The position numbers were made by a program, and so were the translations under genes. Below are positions 46,747 to 51,631 of a DNA stretch of 51,631 bases, in pieces. Position 1 is the stretch's first letter. Each line of letters starts with the position of its first letter. Source of the DNA: Patescibacteria group bacterium. Lineage in GTDB: Bacteria > Patescibacteriota > Patescibacteriia > UBA9934 > GWF2-40-263. Under the pieces are notes generated by a model, which saw only the letters and a program-made list of their open reading frames with translations, ran no database searches and was not told the DNA's origin. The stretch covers positions 1-51,631 of the forward strand of contig JBBTRQ010000014.1 in assembly GCA_038065075.1 (NCBI GenBank). The letters run 5' to 3'.

Positions 46747-48033
46747 ATGTCCAACAAAATCACCATCACCAAGGAATTCAAGTCAGCCTACAAGGCAATG
46801 AACGAAACAGCGGATCTGATTTTTCTCACCGGTCGGGCAGGAACCGGAAAATCCACTCTCCTGAACTACTTTCGCAAAGAAACAAAAAAGAAACATGTTG
46901 TGCTGGCCCCCACAGGCGTTGCGGCACTGAACGTCAAAGGGCAAACGATTCACTCGTTCTTTGGATTTCATCCAGCGATCACACCCTCCCTCGTGCGAAA
47001 AGCCTTTCCTCATTCCCTCCCGCTCTTCAAGGCACTGGATACGATCGTCATCGACGAGATCTCCATGGTTCGAGCGGATCTCTTGGATTGCATCGACAAA
47101 GCCTTGCGCTTAAATCGAGAGCGCCAAAAAGAACCATTCGGCGGCGTCCAGATGATTTTTATTGGCGACCTCTACCAACTCCCTCCGGTCGTCACAACGG
47201 AGGAAGCCTATAGATTTCAATCCGAATACAGCTCTCCCTATTTTTTCTCGGCCTACGTCATGGACGGCCTCGACCCAAAAATCATCGAACTCCAAAAGGT
47301 TCACCGACAAAAAGAATCCTCGTTCATCGAACTGCTTGATCGTCTGCGCACAGATCGCGTGACCCCAAAAGATGTTCAGGTGTGGAACAGCCGGCATGAC
47401 CCGCATTTTGATCCGACATTCGAGCCTGATGTGATCCACCTCACGACCACCAACAAAAGTGCCCAGGCTCGAAACGACTACGAGCTTAAACAGCTACCAG
47501 GCAAAATTTGGAAACTCAAGGCGCACACCATCGGAGAACTCCCCGATCGACGTATGCCCTCAGAGGAACTCCTCACCCTCAAGGAAGGGGCACGCATTAT
47601 GTTCACCCTCAACGACCCCGATCGACGCTGGGTCAACGGAACATTGGGGACGATCTCACGCATCCACAAAAAGGGCCTTTCAAAATTACCCGCCCTTGAG
47701 GTAGAGCTCGTGGATGGAAAAGAAGTCATCGTGACACCGTTCAAATGGGAAATGTTTGAGTACCAACATGACGGAACATCGATAGAAGAATCGGTCGTAG
47801 GTTCGTACACGCAATATCCCATCACGCTTGCGTGGGCGGTCACCATTCACAAGGCTCAGGGGAAAACGTTTGATCGAGTGCTGGTCGATATCGGCTGGGG
47901 GACGTTCGCCCACGGCCAGCTCTATGTGGCGCTGAGTCGTTGCACGACGTTCAACGGTCTGGTTCTCCTCAAGCCGTTTAGAACCAAGGACGTCATCCTG
48001 GATCAGGCGGTCGTGGAATTCATGAACCGTTAA
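46747..48033 (+). CDS. PIF1-like SF1B helicase
   Basis: TGRAGTGKST, APTGVAA, TIHSFF, IDEISMV, GDLYQLPP, HRQ, TIHKAQG, YVALSR. Confidence 0.93.
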   Translation: MSNKITITKEFKSAYKAMNETADLIFLTGRAGTGKSTLLNYFRKETKKKHVVLAPTGVAALNVKGQTIHSFFGFHPAITPSLVRKAFPHSLPLFKALDTIVIDEISMVRADLLDCIDKALRLNRERQKEPFGGVQMIFIGDLYQLPPVVTTEEAYRFQSEYSSPYFFSAYVMDGLDPKIIELQKVHRQKESSFIELLDRLRTDRVTPKDVQVWNSRHDPHFDPTFEPDVIHLTTTNKSAQARNDYELKQLPGKIWKLKAHTIGELPDRRMPSEELLTLKEGARIMFTLNDPDRRWVNGTLGTISRIHKKGLSKLPALEVELVDGKEVIVTPFKWEMFEYQHDGTSIEESVVGSYTQYPITLAWAVTIHKAQGKTFDRVLVDIGWGTFAHGQLYVALSRCTTFNGLVLLKPFRTKDVILDQAVVEFMNR

Positions 48034-48730
48034 GGGCGGCGACGAAGTTCATGTCAAACGTCAGAGTAAACTCGTCCTCGATCAAGCCATCGCCCAAGTT
48101 GTCGAAAAACTTATCTGATCCAAAGCGTACGTCCCAGAGCGTGCGATCAAGTGTTGCGGTGCCGGTCACCTGAAGTCCTGTCTCTGTCTGGACAAGCACG
48201 GCTGGGAATGAAATCTCATTCTCGATTCCCTTGATGGTCATCGACCCGGTAACTCGGTGTGTTGCGCCTTCCACTCCCTCAAGCGGGGCGACTTCCGAAA
48301 TGGCAAAGGTGGCTGTTGGATAGACCTCGACGGAAAAGAAGTCCTCGCTCTTGAGATGGGTGACGAGCATCGTGTTGAACTTCTCGTCGGTCAGGTCGAG
48401 ATCCATAATCGTCGTCATGTCCGCAACCATCGTGCCTCCGATAATTTGACCTTGCTCAACGATAAACGCTCCCTCCTGTGCCTGGATGGTTCCGTTGTGT
48501 TTGGCACCGACCCGCTTGTGCGCATTCCAGGCAATAGAGCTCTCCCGCACATTCAACGTGTACGAGCCATCTTCAAGAACGATCGCGGTCGGTTGCTCTT
48601 GCGGTTGGGTCTCCTCCCGCGTGTCCTGCGTGACAGGCTCCACATCAATCTGAGCAGACTGCGTACAGCCGGCTCCAAGGAGAATCACGGGAACCAGGAG
48701 CGTGGGGAACAGTTGTTTGAACATGGTCAT
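48020..48730 (-). CDS. YceI-family lipoprotein
   Basis: LGAGC lipobox, HLKSEDFF.VE.YP.ATF, TIKG, LDRT.W. Confidence 0.9.
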   Translation of the reverse strand: MTMFKQLFPTLLVPVILLGAGCTQSAQIDVEPVTQDTREETQPQEQPTAIVLEDGSYTLNVRESSIAWNAHKRVGAKHNGTIQAQEGAFIVEQGQIIGGTMVADMTTIMDLDLTDEKFNTMLVTHLKSEDFFSVEVYPTATFAISEVAPLEGVEGATHRVTGSMTIKGIENEISFPAVLVQTETGLQVTGTATLDRTLWDVRFGSDKFFDNLGDGLIEDEFTLTFDMNFVAALNGS

Positions 48731-48732
48731 AG

Positions 48733-49923
48733 TTATAATTCACTTACATTCCTGCCCTGGAATAATCCTAGCGTCCAGCTAAACGCCACACGCAGTTTGT
48801 TCCACAAGCCAGGAGTTTTAAATAAGTAGACGGTCCGCCAAAGATACCAGGCGAGCACTCCCTTGACCATCACCTTCCCAATCGTGCCCACGCCGTCGCC
48901 GTATCCCAGCGAGAACAGCGTGCCGATGACCTTGGGACGATACCCTCGAAGATTCGCGTGTGGGTTGTGACACAGCGCGGCGACATTTTGCGCGACGACC
49001 TGTGCCTCCCGCACGGCAAGCTGGGCGAGCTTGGGAACGGGCTGATCGTCAATCGCGATCACGTCACCCAGGGCAAAGACGTGCGGATCCTCGAGGCTCT
49101 GCAAGGTCCCTGCCACGGGAACGTGCCCCTGAGGGTCAAGATTCATGGTTTCCTTCAAGAAGTCTGTATTGGGTCGCACACCGGCGCACAAGATCGTCAC
49201 GTCGGAATGGAATGTCCCCGCGGACGTTTCGACGGAGTTGGGCGTGATCGCCGACGCCGTGGCTCCGCAGATGACTTCGATCTTTGTCCGCTTGAGCGCA
49301 TCAGAAATGTAGCCTTGGATTTGATCTCCTCCGCCCCTACAAAACGTCTCCGTGGCGTGGACAAGGCGGAGATCATAGTCCGCTGTGCGACTTTTGCGCT
49401 TGAGATCCCCCAAGAGTTGGTGAATGTCGAAGATGAGTTCCAGACCCGTCGGGCCACCACCAACCACCGTCACGGCCACATGACGATCGGCATCCTGTGC
49501 TCTAGAGAGGATGGCGCGCTTGAGCTTCACCGCATCCTCAATCGACTTGAGTGTGTAGGCATGCTCGGTCCCTTTGATCGAGTAGAAGTTGGTCGTGGAG
49601 CCAGGCGCAAGCACGAGAAAACGATACGGGATCCGCTCGTCTTTGACTTCCACCTGCTTGGTCGCACGATCAATCCCCGTGACCCGTCCGCGCACAAACC
49701 GAAAATGCTTGGAATGGAAGAAACCCTCATACTCGAACATCGCGTCGTAGGCGATGAGAGACCCTGTTGCGACCTCGTGCAAAAGCGGCGTGAAGGTGAA
49801 GTGGTTGGTCTCGCTCACGAGCGTGACAGGGATATTTCGCTTGAGAAGACCCTGAGCCGTGTAAACTCCAGCGAATCCTCCTCCAATAATGACGACGGGA
49901 TGGTGAGACATATCGGTGGTCAT
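48733..49923 (-). CDS. ndh: Type II NADH dehydrogenase family flavoprotein
   Basis: GGGFAG, FTPLLHEVATG, GGGPTGLE, ALGD, PKLAQ.A. Confidence 0.88.
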   Translation of the reverse strand: MTTDMSHHPVVIIGGGFAGVYTAQGLLKRNIPVTLVSETNHFTFTPLLHEVATGSLIAYDAMFEYEGFFHSKHFRFVRGRVTGIDRATKQVEVKDERIPYRFLVLAPGSTTNFYSIKGTEHAYTLKSIEDAVKLKRAILSRAQDADRHVAVTVVGGGPTGLELIFDIHQLLGDLKRKSRTADYDLRLVHATETFCRGGGDQIQGYISDALKRTKIEVICGATASAITPNSVETSAGTFHSDVTILCAGVRPNTDFLKETMNLDPQGHVPVAGTLQSLEDPHVFALGDVIAIDDQPVPKLAQLAVREAQVVAQNVAALCHNPHANLRGYRPKVIGTLFSLGYGDGVGTIGKVMVKGVLAWYLWRTVYLFKTPGLWNKLRVAFSWTLGLFQGRNVSEL

Positions 49924-49972
49924 TTTATCATATGAGGGAATTCGGCCGTCCACACCGTGCAACGATGAGCCG

Positions 49973-50001
49973 TTGACGGAATCCTGCCGCCGAGGTAGAC
50001 T
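49973..50001 (+). promoter_or_regulatory. Sigma70-like promoter
   Basis: TTGACG-N17-TAGACT. Confidence 0.55.
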
Positions 50002-50078
50002 CTCGCTCGTGTTTTCGCTCCAGCTCCCGCTGATGTTGAAGCACGCTGTCCCAACCCAGAACCGGAGAGTCCTTCCTC

Positions 50079-50648
50079 ATGTCCGAAACGTCCGCTCCCC
50101 TCGCCCCCGACACGGGTGCTCACCCACACTCGCCCCCGCCCTCCCCGGGCACCAGCCTGCTCAACTTCCCGCCTGACGCGACCTTCCAGATCTACCGCAA
50201 GCCCAACGGGAAGGATGCGGTCGAGCCGGTCGACGGTGGCTCCCTCCACGTGTCCGAGTTCATCAACAGCGACGGGAATCACGTCTTGGTCTGCTTCGCC
50301 ACGATGGCGCCCGACGACTGGGGGCTCATGAGGGAGCACCTGCGGATCGGCAAGGATCTGGGGATCAACCCGATCGTAGTCGGTTCGGTCGACCGTGCCC
50401 ACATCGCCAGCGGTCTGTGGGGCGCGGACTCCCTCGCGGGGAATCATGGCCTCACCAAGGAGCCCGGACGCCCCACGGTCTTCGTCCCCAGCGCCACGCT
50501 CATGCGGATCCTCAAGATCGAGCGCGGAACCCGCGCCCGCAACGCCCTCATCCTCGTCCGCAACGGCTGTGTCGTGGCGGAGTGGATCTCCGGAGGCGAC
50601 GGCGATCAGCCCCACGACTGGACCACGATCCTGTCGATGGTCAGCTAG
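50079..50648 (+). CDS. Hypothetical protein, possibly degenerate peroxiredoxin/thioredoxin fold
   Basis: GSVD and ARNALILVRNGCVVAEWIS resemble the AhpC/TSA C-terminus; no PxxxTxxC. Confidence 0.6.
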   Translation: MSETSAPLAPDTGAHPHSPPPSPGTSLLNFPPDATFQIYRKPNGKDAVEPVDGGSLHVSEFINSDGNHVLVCFATMAPDDWGLMREHLRIGKDLGINPIVVGSVDRAHIASGLWGADSLAGNHGLTKEPGRPTVFVPSATLMRILKIERGTRARNALILVRNGCVVAEWISGGDGDQPHDWTTILSMVS

Positions 50649-50766
50649 CCCGACCTCAGCCAGCTCAGCTGGCCACGCTCCCGACACCACAAGGTCGTCG
50701 GGATTTTACATACCAGACTTCGGCAAAAGTCTCTACAACAAAACCGCCCTTATGAGGCGGCCTTGC

Positions 50767-50922
50767 TTACTTTGTTTCCTTGTGGGGCGTGTGCTTCTTG
50801 CAATGATTGCAGAACTTGTTGAGCTCAAGACGTTCCTTAAGCTTCTTCTTGTTCTTGTGCGAGTGGTTGTTCACCTTCTTGCACACGGTGCACTCGAGAT
50901 TGATGAGGTTGTCTTGAGACAT
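50767..50922 (-). CDS. rpmG: 50S ribosomal protein L33 (zinc-binding type; not in the ORF track)
   Basis: [51 protein letters not shown]. Confidence 0.95.
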   Translation of the reverse strand: MSQDNLINLECTVCKKVNNHSHKNKKKLKERLELNKFCNHCKKHTPHKETK

Positions 50923-51043
50923 AGATCGACCATTCAATTACTTCATGGTCGCCCTGAGTTATATCGAAGGGCGACGTTGCTCACTACAGGTAGATTCGAT
51001 TACGGGAGCCTATCAAAAGGGGGCAAAAGAGTCAATTCTTGGC

Positions 51044-51119
51044 TGGAGCCGCCTCCCGGACTCGAACCGGGGACCTTCACTTTACAAAAGTGTTGCTCTA
51101 CCAACTGAGCTAAGGCGGC
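51044..51119 (-). tRNA. tRNA-Thr(TGT)
   Basis: GCCGCCT/AGGCGGC acceptor, TT-TGT-AA loop, CCA. Confidence 0.96.
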
Positions 51120-51121
51120 GG

Positions 51122-51207
51122 TGGTGGGCAGAGAAGGATTCGAACCTTCGAAGGCGTGAGCCAAGAGATTTACAGTCTCTCCTCGTTGACCGCTTGAGTA
51201 TCTGCCC
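51122..51207 (-). tRNA. tRNA-Tyr(GTA)
   Basis: Long variable arm, CT-GTA-AA loop, CCA. Confidence 0.96.
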
Positions 51208-51208
51208 G

Positions 51209-51284
51209 TGGAGCCACAGTCGGGAATCGAACCCGAGACCTCATCCTTACCATGGATGCGCTCTACCATCTGAGCTACTGCGGC
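51209..51284 (-). tRNA. tRNA-Thr(GGT)
   Basis: GCCGCAG/CTGTGGC acceptor, AT-GGT-AA loop, CCA. Confidence 0.95.
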
Positions 51285-51520
51285 GTGTTGATTTCTTTTT
51301 TTAGGTATCCTCTTCCAAATCCCGTTTTGAAATACCTTTCTCGTTGCTGGGCTTTTTGCTTTGACAATCGCGCCTCAAAGTAGACAAGTTGAACGGGAAG
51401 TCTCCTTGAGGTTGTCGTGACACCACCACTCTTGTGCTCTTCCAGCCGACGATCGAGATCACCGGTACTACCTACATACAGTCTTCCGTCAGCACACTCA
51501 AGAACATAGGTATACCACAT
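51275..51520 (-). CDS. Small GIY-YIG nuclease (UPF0213-like)
   Basis: YTYVL..ADGRLYVGST.DL.RRL.EH, RE.YFK; stop codon lies inside tRNA-Thr(GGT). Confidence 0.92.
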   Translation of the reverse strand: MWYTYVLECADGRLYVGSTGDLDRRLEEHKSGGVTTTSRRLPVQLVYFEARLSKQKAQQRERYFKTGFGRGYLKKEINTPQ

Positions 51521-51531
51521 ATATGATGTCA

Positions 51532-51631
51532 GCGCTCCCCGCCGCCGAGCAGCTCCGCTGCACGGCAGGCGGGCCCGCCAGTCCTGCCGCTTGCGGCTGG
51601 ACGGCGGGTACCATCTGAGCTACTGCGGCGT
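51532..51631 (-). repeat. Duplicate of the tRNA-Thr(GGT) 5' end interrupted by two CCCGCC...GGCGGG hairpins
   Basis: 51609-51631 equals 51264-51286 exactly; the next tRNA bases GAGCGC resume at 51537-51532 after a 71-bp insert. Confidence 0.85.

Noticed and set aside
51275-51631. Intron-containing tRNA with a homing endonuclease
   Set aside because: A complete uninterrupted tRNA-Thr(GGT) lies downstream and there is no room for a group I or II intron core

Overview
Bacterial genomic window. It is most consistent with a Patescibacteria/CPR (Parcubacteria, Uhrbacteria-like) chromosome; this is an inference from the compact core genes, mostly without Shine-Dalgarno motifs, and from CPR-type families (PaaX/Cas2-like regulator, translin, GKRHAFP-type surface domain). 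Core content: uvrB, a copper locus (small leader ORF, DsbD_2/cupredoxin protein, copA), nadM, a murL-murD2 fusion, ftsEX, prsA, ftsB, murE, murD, murG/ftsW/mraY, nifU, rpmA, pyrG, rplI, pgi, sodB, GH1, ndh, rpmG and 8 tRNAs. Between these lie single-gene accessory inserts and many palindromic elements. Most notable: (1) an ORF6N gene whose conserved SQIVTS motif is itself a perfect DNA palindrome, with two variant copies upstream; (2) a truncated AlaRS paralog paired with a Dph6/DUF71 ATP pyrophosphatase behind tRNA-Gln; (3) a CutF/CruR-like signal-peptide/CxxxC uORF plus hairpin in front of the copper genes; (4) a GIY-YIG gene bracketed by a duplicated tRNA-Thr 5' end carrying two inserted hairpins; (5) a PaaX/Cas2-like gene bracketed by a 34-bp palindromic repeat; (6) several REP-like hairpin families, some inserted in frame into UvrB and CopA. 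No CRISPR array, rRNA, integrase or intact transposase was recognised. All assignments come from motif recognition by eye; no database searches were run.
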